DNA from: Octopus sinensis
Lineage: Eukaryota
Direction: 5' to 3'
Length of the DNA stretch: 64,000 nt
Assembly: GCF_006345805.1 (NCBI RefSeq)
Contig: NC_043007.1
Location: 66,898,001-66,962,000, forward strand
Shown piece after piece: positions 12,455 through 26,424 of the stretch; the stretch's first letter is position 1, and each line of letters opens with the position of its first letter. The notes below the pieces were generated by a model. That model was not told where the DNA came from. It did not search any database and was given only the letters and a program-made list of their open reading frames with translations. The position numbers and the translations under genes were made by a program.

Positions 12455-12788
12455 CCGTATATACTCGCTGATAAGTGGCACCAGTGTATAGGTCACACCT
12501 TGGGGTTTTTAAAGTAGTTATTTGCAATTAACTCACAGATAAGGCATTAGGGGGTTACAATGGCCCCTTTACAACGTAAACATAACTAATATTTATTAAA
12601 TATTATCAAATATTCACCTTTATTTCAAAACTTTGCTTACAAATATTATAACATTTTTGCAGAAGGGACTTTACGAAAGTAGTCTAATTGATATATCCAC
12701 TCGACTTCTGATACGCCGCCGTCTACTTCAGATCCCTGTGATGTTGAGTGGATAGGTCGCACCCCAGAGTATCCACGAGTATATACGG
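12455..12788. mobile_element. Tc1/mariner-superfamily (pogo/Tigger-like) MITE
   Basis: Perfect 13 bp TIR ccgtatatactcg / cgagtatatacgg, preceded by TA. Confidence 0.7.
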
Positions 12789-13641
12789 TGTGACAATTTT
12801 TAACATGTACAAGGTTTTAAATTTTTGAGGGAGCTAAAAAAAAAACTATCTGCGCAATCGACCCCGCTTCTAGACTGGTACTTTATTTTGCCATGCCGGG
12901 TCACAGACCGCTAACACCTTGATGGAATGTGTGCATGGCATAGTTAGATCTGACGGAGTACATCCTTGTTCAGAACTAACCGAAGTCGATTTCTCCCAAA
13001 AGAAGAGAAAGAGACTGAAAGAAAAAGTTTGGCGATGGCGTGGCTGTGTGGTAAAAAGTTTTCTCCCCAACCGCATGTTCAATCCCACTGAGTTGCATCT
13101 TCGGCTAGGATTTTTTTTACTATAACCCTGAGCTGACCAAAGCCATGTGAACGGTTTAGAAAACGAAAACCGAAAGAAGCCCGTTACTGCATGCAGGTGT
13201 GTGTCTTTGTCGCCCAGCCACAAACTAATCGGTGTTAGTTTGTTGACGTCCCCATAACTTAGCGTTTCGGTATAAAAATCCGATAGAATAAGTACTAGGC
13301 TTCAAAACCTAAGTACCGGGCTCGGTTCGTTCAACTAATTCCTTTCAAAGCGGTGCTACAGCGTGGCCGCAATCCAGTGATTCGAACAAGTAAAAGACAA
13401 AAGAAAAGCAAAAGAAGAACCGAGTGCAGTACAAGATTGGTACTTTATTTATCGACCCTCGAAAAACTGAAAGTTAACCTTGATGAGATTCGAACTCAGA
13501 GCGCGGGGATCTAGAATGATCGCTGCAAAACAGCTTGTCCTATGCCTTAACGATTCTGCAAACTTCCCAACACCGGTTAACAAACGGTGGTGGGCAGGTA
13601 CACACACACACACACACACAAGCACACACGCAAACACGCAC

Positions 13642-13690
<49 letters not shown>

Positions 13691-13882
13691 TGTGTGTTTC
13701 TGTGTGAACGTATATATAATATACAAGTGTGTGTGTGAATATATAACTAAAATTTGCAAACAATTTATCACTGGAAATAACAAATAAAAATTCTTAATAA
13801 AAAAAAAAAGATGAGATAAAATTAAAACAGAGTCGGGGTTTCAATACAACATATCTAAAAAAAGATGTTCCCCAAATGTGTG

Positions 13883-13938
<56 letters not shown>

Positions 13939-14192
13939 TGTGAAAGAGAAAGAGAGAGGGGGAGAGAGAATTATCTATTGATTGAAGAAATGGGGCGAAA
14001 ACAGTCTCTGTTCAGTAACTGTCAATGTTCAGATCCGAAATTCTTCGGTAATAAATTTGAGCCTATGTCATGCTGTACTGCTGACACTTCTACTCCAGAA
14101 ATTTAATTTGTTTTCCGAATCAATAATAATTTAGCATTGACACTTTGTTAAATTTTCTTCCAGCCACTTGAAGTATTTCAAATCTGTACCAG

Positions 14193-14423
14193 ACTCTTTT
14201 ACTCTCTTACTTGCTTCAGTCATTTGAATGTGGCCATGCTGGAGCACCGCCTTTAGTCGAGCAAATCGACCCCAAGACTTATTCTTTGTAAGCTTAGTAC
14301 TTATTCTATCGGTCTCTTTTTGCCGAACCGCTAATTTACGGGGATGTAAACACACCAGCATCGGTTGTCATGCAATGTTGGGGGAACAAACACAGACACA
14401 CAAATATATACACACACACATAC

Positions 14424-14480
<57 letters not shown>

Positions 14481-14748
14481 TACGACGGGCTTCTTTCAGT
14501 TTCCGAATACCAAATCCACTCACAAGGCTTTGGTCGACCCGAGGCTATAGTAGAAGACACTTGACCAAGGTGCCACGCAGTGGGACTGTACCCGGAACCA
14601 TGTGGCTGGTGAGCAAGCTACTTACCACATAGCCACTCCTACGCCTATGTTATGTATGTACATTAAGTTACGGTATGTATGTATGTATGTATGTATGAAC
14701 CATGTAGTTCGTAAGCAAGCTACTTACCATACAGCCACTCCTACGCTT
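14193..14748 (-). mobile_element. S1 SINE plus a second isolated S1 head (14697-14748)
   Basis: Full reverse copy at 14193-14645. The head aaccatgt...cttacca.acagccactcctacgc is repeated at 14697-14748. Confidence 0.85.
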
Positions 14749-14786
14749 ATAGTAAAAAAAAACTATTGACTATTGTCAAAAAAAAT

Positions 14787-15121
14787 GTTTTTATACGGTT
14801 CTTTCGTTTTAACTCGACAAAACCATAACAAGACCTTGGTTGTTTCCGTGACAACTCGACAATTCACTTCGGATATCTTCGTGACCTCCGAAAATTTGCG
14901 GATTTTACATACACACATGAAGCAGGTAAGAACAAATATGCAAGTCTTTTTGCTGGCATAATTTCGTTATATCTATATTCCACATCACATAAATATATAA
15001 AAACAGAACGTGCACACTATCACGAAGGTTACGAAGATATCCGAAGTGAATTGTCAAGTTGACATAGAAACAACCGAGGTCTTGTTATGGTTTTGTCGAG
15101 TTAAAACGAAGGAACGCCGTT
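14787..15121. mobile_element. MITE with ~95 bp terminal inverted repeats
   Basis: ttcgttttaactcgacaaaaccataacaagacc...cacttcggatatcttcgt at 14796-14882 is the reverse complement of 15030-15110. Confidence 0.85.
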
Positions 15122-15851
15122 CTTATTTATAGTTTTGGATAGTGATGGCGAAAGTCGCATTTATTTCTTCCTGTGAATTTATAATAATCCTTTCTCCTAT
15201 AGGTACAAAGACCTGGAATTTGGAGGGAGGGAGCTAGTCGTTTACATCGACCCTAGTGCGTAACTGTACTTATTTCATCGACCTCGAAAGGATGAAAGGC
15301 AAAGTTGATCTCGGCGGATTTCGAACTCAGAAGGTAAGGACGGACGAAATGCAGCTAAGCCTTTTGCCCGGCATGCTAACGATTCTGCCAGCTCACCGCC
15401 TTATATGAATTTATAATAATTATAATAATTATAATAACAATAGCAATAATAACAATAATAATAATAATAATAGTGTGTGTGTGTGTGTTTATATACCACT
15501 ACATCATGACAACCGGTGTTAGTTCATTTGCATTCCCGTAAAATAGCAGTTCGACAAAAAGAGTGCGATAGAATAATTACCAAACTTTAACAGAATTAAG
15601 TACTCGGGTCGATTTGTTCGACTGAAACTTTGAAGGTGGTGCCCCAGCATGGCCGTAGTCCAATAACTAAAACAAGCAAAAGATAAAAGATATTCTTAAG
15701 ACTCACCTTTATTACCTGTGATTTTAAGCAAGTTGCACTGTCCTGTGAACCAATATAATTTCTTGATATTCAGACAGAAAGTTGCTCTTTTTTGATTTAG
15801 TTATAAAAACATTCAAAAACATCTTGCTAAACTGGTATAACTTTGACCATG

Positions 15852-17697
15852 ATAACACGTTAAAAGCTAAAAGAATTATTGCCCTTACCTTTATACTTTT
15901 CAGTAAGACTGAGAGCCTAAGATACTTATTTCCTGGTCTTGCCCATCACTCATGCAGTCTCATTATTTATATTCATATATACGTCTTCGTCTTCCCAGAT
16001 TAAGTCCGTATCAGTCGTTCATTGTGCTTAGAGCTGTACAACCTTAAATTCTATATGGCCAACAGGAATCAGAGGTCATGCGTAAAGTTATTGTTGTTGT
16101 AAAAGTTTTCTGCTTAAGAAAATACATTTTTCTATCCTCCAGTAATACAATTCAGTAGATAGATGTAATGCATCTTAAACAAAATTTAATTAATGATGGC
16201 GACACAAACAAACTTGGAGACAAATAAAATCACTTATGACGTCACATGACGTCAAAACAAAGGCTAGCCCTAATGCTGTAAATAATGTTGACTTCTTTTC
16301 TTTTTAATTATCATTCATCATTAATGTTAGTAATTTTTAACAGATAAAAACATCAATGAAATATTCGAAGGAAATAAAATAATATCAAATTTATAAAATG
16401 TTCAAATGAAGGAAATTTTAATCAAAGGGTTTTTAAATTCCAGAGGTGTACTTTCCAGGTAAGCAATTTGATCTGAAATCGTACGTTGAAACTAAAACGA
16501 TTGCAATGTGGAAGAGACATATTAACCGCTCAGAAGCACACAAAGACTGTTAATATGGTGTCAAAATTTTCGTCGCTCGAAATTGCGACCGGGTGATTGA
16601 CAACATTGCAGAATGGCTAATGTGCCTTCCACATGGCAATCGATTTAGTTCCAACCCACAGCCTCAGACGAGACCACTTTCCTGACATGTAATCTTCTGT
16701 AATTCCGATATCTCCAGCCAGACTCCCATAATTTTGAGGAAAACTGTTACTTGTTGCTCGAAGTCAGCAAAAATGCAACAGCTTCACTACATTAAACACT
16801 GCATCTCAATGAGGATTCGAAATCATTGTATTTCATCCATATTATTGGGTTTACTTTTTCATGACTGAGAACGATATTGATTTCTTGAAATTTAAAAAAA
16901 AACTCTCCAACACATATGCTGATATGGGATAAAAAAAATGTTTAGAATAAATGATAGTGGATGAGAAACATGAGAATGAATTAAATTTTGATGAAGGGTG
17001 GGCAAATGGGCTTTTTTAACCTTTCACAAACAGACATGTTATAAATATACACAGCCAAATATTCTGGAAATATCTGAAGCTTAAAATGCTCTTTCAGAAA
17101 AAAAAAACTAGAACTTAGACAGGCAAATGTGAATTATATAGCAACCTTAACTGGGTATCATTTCTTTCTGCTTGCTTTCTTCCCCCCCCCCATATTGTCA
17201 GAATTTTAATCTGAAAATCGAGTTGAAACCAATATTGTTATATTTGGGAATAGAAGTCAACATTATTTACAGTTTTAGGGCTAGCCTTTGTTTTGACGTC
17301 ATGTGACGTCATAAGTGATTTTATTTGTCTCCAAGTTTGTTTGTGTCGCCATCATTAATTAAATTTTGTTTAAGATGCATTACATCTATCTACTGAATTG
17401 TATTACTGGAGGATAGAAAAATGTATTTTCTTAAGCAGAAAACTTTTACAACAACAATAGCTTTACGCATGACCTCTGATTCCTGTTGGCCATATAGAAT
17501 TTAAGGTTTGTACCGCTCTAAGCACAATGAACGACTGATACGGACTTAATCTGGGAAGACGAAGACGTATATATAAATATAAATAATGAGACTGCATGAG
17601 TGATGGACAAGACCAGGAAATAAGTATCTTAGGCTCTCAGTCTTACTGAAAAGTATAAAGGTAAGGGCAATAATTCTTTTAGCTTTTAACGTGTTAT
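15852..17697. repeat. Inverted duplication: arms 15852-16296 and 17252-17697 (~445 bp, ~98% identical), 955 bp spacer
   Basis: Arms aligned by eye with about 8 differences. The right arm is flanked by the direct repeat tgttatatttgggaatag at 17236-17253 and 17692-17709. Confidence 0.93.
16236..16254. promoter_or_regulatory. Tandem pair of CRE/ATF palindromes (TGACGTCA-CA-TGACGTCA), mirrored at ~17294-17312
   Basis: Two consensus octamers 2 nt apart, with a YY1-like ATGGCG about 35 nt away. Function is inferred. Confidence 0.4.
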
Positions 17698-17974
17698 ATT
17701 TGGGAATAGTAATAATTAATCAATCAAGCCTAAAAACAAACATCAGTTGCTTTGGGAAAAACATAGGTGAAATATAGACAAGCAACAACTGGGGTGACTT
17801 TATGAATTTTGACTCTTCCTTATAAAACAATATTGATCAAATAAAAAGATTGAAACCTAAATTCAGGTTCAATTTGAAGCAAGCAGCCACCACAGATATA
17901 TCCCAAAGTACATATAGAAAACAAAACATGATGATAGATTATGTCGTATAAATAATCTAAGTTTTGTTTTGTTA

Positions 17975-18018
<44 letters not shown>

Positions 18019-18700
18019 ACATACATACGCACCTACGTGAAAAAACCGTTTGACTAAAATTTCTTTCATTTCTTTATTTTATCGCAATCTTAGATTAAGA
18101 TTGCGATAAAATAATGAAAGAAATATCTATTCCATAATTACCGCTAGCAATAAGGTGGCGTGCTGGCAGCATCGTTCGGGGCATTTTGTCTGTATCTGAG
18201 TTCAAATTCCGCCGAGGTTCACTTTGTCTTTCATCCTTTTGGAGTCGATAAAATACGTATCTGTTGAACACTGGAGTCGATTTAATCGATTTACCCCTCT
18301 CCCTCGAAATTGCTATCCTTGGGCAAAATTTTGAGACCATTAATTATTCTTAGCATTGTATTCCTCCTTCTACAAACACTACTCTCAGAAAATTTTCGTG
18401 AAGGTTAGGATAGTTCTCTAAAATATTTTTGTTCTTATTTTTTTACCTTTTGATTTTTCAGCATAATTGTAATTGAATCATCAAAATAAAATCGAGATCT
18501 ATGAAATATCTTGTTACCCCTCTTTTTGCATTTTTTTTTTCGCGCTAATTTTTTTTATATAATAATGTGAAACGTTAAAGTTGAAAAATTCATTAAAAGA
18601 ATAGTTGTTTTTCTGAAAGTTAAGCAGATTATGCGAAACTCCTCTCCTGCCACTTCTAACAAAGATTTTCACCATAAATTTCGAAACAATCGTAATGAAT

Positions 18701-19103
18701 AGGCGCAGGAGTGGCTGTGTGGTAAGTAGCTTGCTTACCAACCACATGGTTCCGGGTTCAGTCCCACTGCGTGGCATCTTGGGCAAGTGTCTTCTGCTAT
18801 AGCCCCGGGCCGACCAATGCCTTGTGAGTGGATTTGGTAGACGGAAACTGAAAGAAGCCTGTCGTATATATGTATATATATATATATATGTTTGTGTGTC
18901 TGTGTTTGTCCCCCTAGCATTGCTTGACAACCGATGCTGGTGTGTTTACGTCCCCGTCACTTAGCGGTTCGGCAAAAGAGACCGATAGAATAAGTACTGG
19001 GTTTCCAAAGAATAAGTCCCGGGGTCGATTTGCTCGACTAAAGGCGGTGCTCCAGCATGGCCGCAGTCAAATAACTGAAACAAGTAAAAGAGTAAAAGAG
19101 AGT
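18701..19103 (+). mobile_element. Composite tRNA SINE, family S1 (reference copy)
   Basis: A box tggctgtgtggt, B box ggttcagtccc, ccttgggcaagtgtctt core, internal (TA)/(TG) tract, 3' half ending aaacaagtaaaagagt. Further copies or halves at ~10221-10560, 11985-12136, 13030-13410, 26423-26885, 40130-40300, 46485-46640, 58720-59090 and 62755-62995. Confidence 0.92.
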
Positions 19104-20489
19104 AATACAATCTGAAGAGTGTTTGTAGAAAATTTCATTTAAAAAATACCCATTTTTTTTTTCTTTCTGAAAGTTATGAGGAAACGAAATCGTGGAGCTG
19201 TGCACACTTGAGTAGTTAAAACCACTTTTCTTATTCAGATTCGTATTTCGTCAACAACACACAACAAATATGAAAATATACTGGAATCAGCATAATTTGG
19301 TTGACACTAGATTAAAATTATAATTTGTAGAAAGCAGTGTTGCAAATATTGGGACAACCTTTATATTTCCAGAAGTATAAAGACATTAAAAACGCTACCC
19401 TGTAGTGAATTGAAACGTCCCATTGAATAAAAATTTGATTTGTGATTGAAGCGTATACTTGAAATATTCAGCAATAAAAGAATCTTGAAAACTGCATTTT
19501 CACAAAAATATATTGAAACTGGGATATAGACAATTTTCCTACACAGTCTCGATTTGCTCGACTAAAGGCGGTGCTCCGGCATGGCTGCAGTCAAATGACT
19601 GAAACAAGTAAAAGAATAAAAGAAAAGAATAAAATGAATAATGAGATCTGTACATCACTGAATTTAAGTGACAAAAGTTTTGCCACTCTCTCGGTCGCCA
19701 TAGTTGTTTCCAGTGATAAGCATTGCAACATGACTTGTACTATTTTGACAGCAAATTTTATGTCAGAGAATCTTTTCCCTAGAAGAGCTGACTTCACGAC
19801 TTTGTCAAAACTAACGGGAGACTCCTGTATCCCCGAAAAAATATTTAGCTACCGTTCCGGGTCAGGACGGCTCTGGGAGTAATGGTAAGTAAGGGGTAAC
19901 TCTACAAACCGCAACGCCCGAACTGATGCCATACTCCTATATAAATACGTTACTCTCAAGTAAATTCCGATGTTGAGTATTTCAGTTTTTCGATCAACGA
20001 AACTAACACGACGAACTATGATGTAAGTGGGTGAGTATTCCACAAACACTTGTATCTTTAATTTAAAGTAGACCTCTGACACAATCGACTTAAATGTGTG
20101 TTGACTTAGCTCTTTAGCATTTAAACCAGCCAGATCCGGCCTCTCACACCTACCCAGCAATGTCAATCTAAAAATAAGCTGTCACATCATCAAGATCTTG
20201 AAGCCATTAACATATCGAAGCTACGAGATAATACATGATTAATTCAAAGCAATTTGAATAAATAGGCATTGCATTTGACAGAGTAATCTTAATGCTAAAG
20301 GGTTAGAGTTACAATCCAATCGACACGCTTCCTCACAGTTTTCTTCCGCCCAGTTTCATTGACAAAGCTTGGGCTGACTGGAGGCCATTGTAGAAGACAC
20401 TGCTTGCTCAAGATACTACTCAGTGGGATTGAATATGAGTCTTCATAACTGCGAAGTGAATTTCTGCCAACGCATGTACGTACATACAC

Positions 20490-20965
20490 ATAGAGAAAAA
20501 GCTAGTGTGGGGGAAGGCGTATGGCAACAGCGGTGGTTTGGCTGAGGATTAATGGTAAATAATGGACTGGGAGACAGAGAAGTTGTTCATAAAGATTTTA
20601 ATGGAGGGATACGGTGGTGATGGGGGTGGTGATGGCACTAGTGCAGGGGGTTGAGGAAATAATGGATTGTAGATATTAAAAAAGGGAGTGAGATGAGCAA
20701 AGAATTTAAATGTAGGACTGATGTTGATGGTGGTGAGTGGTGGTTCCCGTGCAGACTCTGGTGTTGATAATAATGGACGAATGCTTGTTATAGCAGCAGT
20801 GTTAGTGGTGGTGGTGGTGGTGGTGGTAGTGGTGTCGGTGGCGGTGGCGGTGGTGGTGGTGGTGGAGGTGACAGTATAGGCGGCGATGCATGGAATGTAG
20901 TAGTGAGGAAAATAATATAGTAGTGTTGTTACAGCTGTAGTTGTTGTTGCTGCTGTTGTTGTTGT

Positions 20966-21000
<35 letters not shown>

Positions 21001-21419
21001 TAGTAGTAGTAGTGTTCATCCTGATTGTTGTGATGACAATACTGATGGTTACTGTGACGGGGGTGGCATTGGTGGCAGCGACGAAGATAATAACAGTGAT
21101 GGCAATGACAAAGGTAACGGCTGTGCCATACCACCACCACCGCCGCCACCACCGCCGCCACCACCGCCGCCACCACCACCTCCAATAATCCTAACTCTAT
21201 GCTTACCCCCGCCCCCCATCCGCCACCACCTTCTTGCCGGGAGGCACAGTGCACATGCCCTGATATCACAGCCTGGGGATATATCATGGAGAGAAAAGGA
21301 CACAGAGCCAGAAAATAAGCATTCTTAAAATATACTTACACACACACACACATACATACATACATACATACACATATACACACTTTCCTTTTCTTTCTCT
21401 TTCTCTCTCCACTCTCCCC

Positions 21420-21456
<37 letters not shown>

Positions 21457-21813
21457 CCGCTCTCTCCCTTAACTCCATACTTTTCTCCCTTTTTCTCTAC
21501 CCGCTCCATTCTTCATAGCACTTTTGATTTCCCTTTTCATCGTCTTTCCTTTACCCCTCTCCATCCTCCCTCCCTCCCTCTCTCTCTCTCTCTCTCTCTT
21601 TTTCTCGTTCCAATTGTCATTACTTTCCTTTCTCTCTCTCTCTCTCTCTATCACACTCACGCTTTCTCTCTCTCTCTTTCACTCACCTTCTCTCTCTCTC
21701 TCTCCTTCTCTTTCTTTCTCTCCCTCTCCTCCAACCCACTTCTATTCCCACGCTCACTCTATTTCTTCGTCGTTTTCCTTCTACTTCATCTAATTCACCA
21801 CCACCTCCACCAC

Positions 21814-21864
<51 letters not shown>

Positions 21865-21994
21865 TCTTATCACTATCAACACCCTATTTTCCTTCTTTAT
21901 ATTTAATTTCCCATTTTCATTGAGTCTACCTGGCACAGTGGTCCAAATTTCACCACACAAAACAATACTTACCCCACTTGCGCGCGCGCACACA

Positions 21995-22081
<87 letters not shown>

Positions 22082-22105
22082 ACAAACACACATACTCACT
22101 CACTC
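20490..22105. repeat. Microsatellite cluster: (GGT)n, (AGT)n, (CCA)n, (CA)n, (CT)n, (CAT)n
   Basis: Read directly from the sequence; it explains most ORFs in this interval. Confidence 0.9.
21207..21272 (-). other. Candidate 66 nt exon
   Basis: Acceptor tgtgtccttttctctccatgatatatccccAG and donor GGG|GTAAGC. Length is a multiple of 3 and two frames are open. No recognisable domain. Confidence 0.3.
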
Positions 22106-22680
22106 ACCCAAGTACACCAAGTCTACCTCTCAATGACATCATTTATAATCACCGATCTTCCGTTGCTTTCGGCGATGAATACTCAGTTGTTCCATCAACT
22201 AAACACCCAACTCAAGAAATCCACAAGTAATATTCATTACTCGTCAGACACTGCTACCCTTTATGTAATTCTCAGACAACGAAACAAAAAGGCTTCCACA
22301 GTTTCCCCTACATCCACTTTCACTGATAAGGCTTCGGTCAACTTGAGGATGTGACCAAAAACACAAAGCACTTGGCCAAGATCAGTGCCGTATTAAAGCA
22401 TGGGTAAACTTGGCACATACCCGGTGATCTCGTGACTTTAGGGGCCTGATTTTGGTCTATATATGCAGTGATTTACTGTCAATAAATAAATAAATACTAT
22501 AAGGCCTAGTACACTAGTTTGTCCAGGGGCCTCACTGATCTAGGGGCCTAATTCTGATCCATGTATGTTGCGGATTACTGTTAATCTTGTAATAATTTTG
22601 CTTGTTCCTCCGTTACTTAGCCCGTCTGTAACGCTTCCACATAAGTTGAAGGGGGAGGGAGAGATGGTGGTGAGTGAAAT

Positions 22681-22913
22681 ACTCTTTTACTTTTTTACTT
22701 GTTTCAGTCATTTGACCGTGGCCATGCTGGAGCACCGCCTTTAGTCGAGCAAATCGACCCCAGGACTTATTCTTTGTAAGCCTAGTTCTTATTCTGTCGA
22801 TCTCTTTTTGCCGAACCGCTAAGTTACGGGGATGTAAACACACCAGCATCGGTTGTTAAGTGATGTTGGGGGGGGACAAACACAGACACGCAAACACCAC
22901 ACACACACACACG

Positions 22914-22997
<84 letters not shown>

Positions 22998-23155
22998 CAT
23001 ATATATATACGACGGGCTTCTTTCAGTTTCCGTCTATCAAATCCACTCACAAGGCTTTGGTCGGCCCGAGGCTATAGTAGAAGACACTTGCCCAAAGTTC
23101 CACGCAGTGGGACTGAATCCGGAACCATGTGGTTGGTAAGCAAGCCACTCCTGCG
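22681..23155 (-). mobile_element. S1 SINE
   Basis: Reverse complement of the S1 consensus with an expanded (TA)n tract. Confidence 0.9.
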
Positions 23156-24697
23156 AAATGTGTAATTTTTTTTTATTAAGTTTTTTTTATCTCCGTTACT
23201 TAGCCCGTCTGCAATGTTTTTGCGTAATTAATTGAAGGGAAAAACGAAAAGTGAAAGAAAAATGTGAGAGAAAAAGAGGGTAAGGCGGAGAGTGAGAGAG
23301 GGAGAGTGTTGTGAATTAATTCTATGAAATTGTGCATAAAGTATATAAAGTGTATATATAAAGAACATTAAGTAATCATCATATTCCAATTTCCTTCACT
23401 TTTCAATGATTAGGAGATACAGACACAACACAGACTATACTTTCAGAGTTTTTTGGGGTGGGGGATTAAAGTTTTCAGAAATAATCCAATAAGTTTACCG
23501 CTAATTCTGTGAAATATTCACGGGTAGCGCTTGCAAATAAATACTATATGCCCAGGGTACTGATTTGTCCGGGGACCTCACAGATCTAGGGGGCCTAATT
23601 TTGGTCCGTGTATGCTGCAGATTACTGTCAATGAATAACTAAATAATATAGGACCCATTGCACTAATTTACTCGGGTGTATATAATGCTGCTCAGACAAG
23701 CTTGGCCAAGATGCAACCGCGGGAGGATCGAACCTGGAATTGCGAAGCGAAAGTTCCAAGCACTTGGTCATGCCTACATCCACGCATCATTTGCAAACAA
23801 TAAAAAAAAGCTACATTCTTACGTATTATCTCTCTTTTCTTCTTTCTCTTTTTCTTTCTCACAGAACCCCATCACCACCAACGGACACACACACACACAC
23901 GCATATTCACAAAAATGCATGATATGCACATACATTTTTACACTTTTGTGCATATTCGTACACAAACGTACATAGTGATCAAGAACTCCATCATTCTCGA
24001 CATTCCATATCATCTCCCCAACTCACTCCCTTCAAAACACACTTCCTCTCCCACTACCTCTACTTCACCTCATGTCTATCTCACTCGCCCTCCCTCCCTT
24101 CCTCTGTCTATCTATCTACCTTTCTATAAATCTAGCAATCTCCAAATCACCTCCACACACACACACACATAATTGCATACATTCAAATAGATACAGTCGT
24201 TTAAATACTTGTAAGCAGCCGTCCATATATACACAATTTTACAGATTCACAATTAGACAAATACGTACACAAATACACGTACACGTACACACATAATCCA
24301 TGTACACATGTATAAATATACCTTTATGCTGCAATATAGGCTCACACAAAAACACATACACACACACATACACCAGAATAAGTTCCCCACGCAAAAATAC
24401 ACTTATACATAGATATAGACAGTCACACACACACGCAGAGACAACTGCATGCACGCACACCCACGCATTCAATAAGGCATTGATACCAAGCATGCATATA
24501 CATGTAAGACATAACTATCAACAAATATTCTCATAAATTTAATGATATACATATGCACTAACAGACACATGAAGGCGAGTACATATGCACTACAGATACA
24601 TACACGATTAGAATAATACAATTAGTGTATACAGGCACACACATATATCTTGACATATACACGCACACATACATACTCATTTATATATGTGTGTGCC

Positions 24698-24738
<41 letters not shown>

Positions 24739-24890
24739 ATATATGTGTATATATATGTATATGTATGTATATATATGTGTGTATACATATATATGTGTGT
24801 GTGTGTCACTTCCCGAGCGTTATACTAATATATCTGTTTGTTGTCTACACCACCTGTCTTCGTCTTTTGGGTTTTTGTGAATTCTCCTCC

Positions 24891-24971
<81 letters not shown>

Positions 24972-25070
24972 ATTGAGAAAAAAGAGGTAGTCAGAATTTT
25001 AGATAATTCTTTATTAGCGCTTTCCTTCATTTATCGAACTCGTCAAGACAAAATCAATCAAACCGATAAC

Positions 25071-26424
25071 AGAACGTTTCGTTGTTCCTTTATATGAATC
25101 GGATGTTTTTTACTTTGTTTAGAAGAGGAGGAAAATATTTTTGGGTCTTTTTTTCTTGTTTTTTGGTGGGAGGTGAAAAAAGAGAAAGAAAAGCAAAGAG
25201 GTGGAAAATAGACACAGAAAGGAGTTTCAGAACAATCAAGAAAGAGGAAGAAAAGTAATGTATGGGGAGAGGAGAGAGAGGGGAATCTTTTCAATTTGAT
25301 GTGGTCAACCAATTGAAATTTCCTTACAAAGCATTTTTCTTTTTTCTTCTTTTTACTCTCCCTCCTCTTTCCCTTCTCATTGTATACCTATCAACATGTT
25401 TGTAAATAAACACATTTTCTCACAAGGGCTAGATGACCGGTCAGTTTTAGGAAGTAGGGTGGGAAAGATATAACAATAGGATTTTGACAACTGTTGCAAC
25501 TTAACTGTATGTTGACTTAGCTCTTTACATATACTCGAGCAAGAATACTAAAGCTATTTTACCGCTGATTAGTAAAGATATCCAATGTAGCTCTTTGGCA
25601 AAGTAATTTGTGAAAAAGATCTCTTCTGAACTCTCTTATCCAAGCAAGCAAGAAAAAGTAAAATAAATCCTACAAAAGGATGAAAGATACTCAAAAATAT
25701 ATTTAAGCAGGCGCTGCTTTATTATATAATTTATATCCTACAGAGTGGATCCGAACTAAATATACAATATACATGCAAAACTCATTTATGATGCTTGAGT
25801 AAATGTACATAGAGAATAGACTGAATTATAAAGAGTACCAAACTCATTATTTTTGTATTCTGACTTTATTTTCCTAGTTTATGAATGTTGTACTAATATT
25901 TAATGTTCGTTCGTGCAAAACATGGAATTACACAAAATATGAAATTTGATTATACAAGTGTAAAAGAATATGCATTTTCATAGAACTTTGAACTCTTTTA
26001 TTTTCAGTGATGGCCGCAACCTCCTCTCTTTTTTTTTTTTTTTATCTTTCCCATTCATCTAGCCAATGTGAGAAAATGTGTTTATTTACAAATATGCTGA
26101 TAGATATACAATGAGAAGAGAGAGAGGAGGAAGAGAAAAAAGAAGAAAAAGAAAAATGCTTTGTAATGAAATTTCAATGGGTTGACCACATCAAATTGAA
26201 AAGAAACCACTTTCTCCCTCCCTCTCTCTATCTATCTATCTATCTATCGTTTACTTATCCTTTACATTTCTTCCTCTTCCTTGATTATCCTGAAACCTCT
26301 CTTCCTGTCTATTTTCCCCTCTTTGTTTTCTTTTCTCCCCCCCCCCCCAAAAAAAAATACTTTTCTCCTCTTCTAAACAAAGCAAAAATCATCTGATTCA
26401 TATAAATGAATACGGAAACGTTCT
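25071..26424. repeat. Older inverted duplication: arms 25071-25436 and 26055-26424, spacer ~620 bp
   Basis: Arms roughly 75-80% identical by eye, with a near-identical core cttttcaatttgatgtggtcaacc.attgaaattt..ttacaaagcatttttc. Confidence 0.85.

Noticed and set aside
19108-22260. Additional CTGAAGA/CTGACGA hammerhead-like hits near 19110 and 22250
   Set aside because: No stem II plus GAAA arrangement and no closing stem I.
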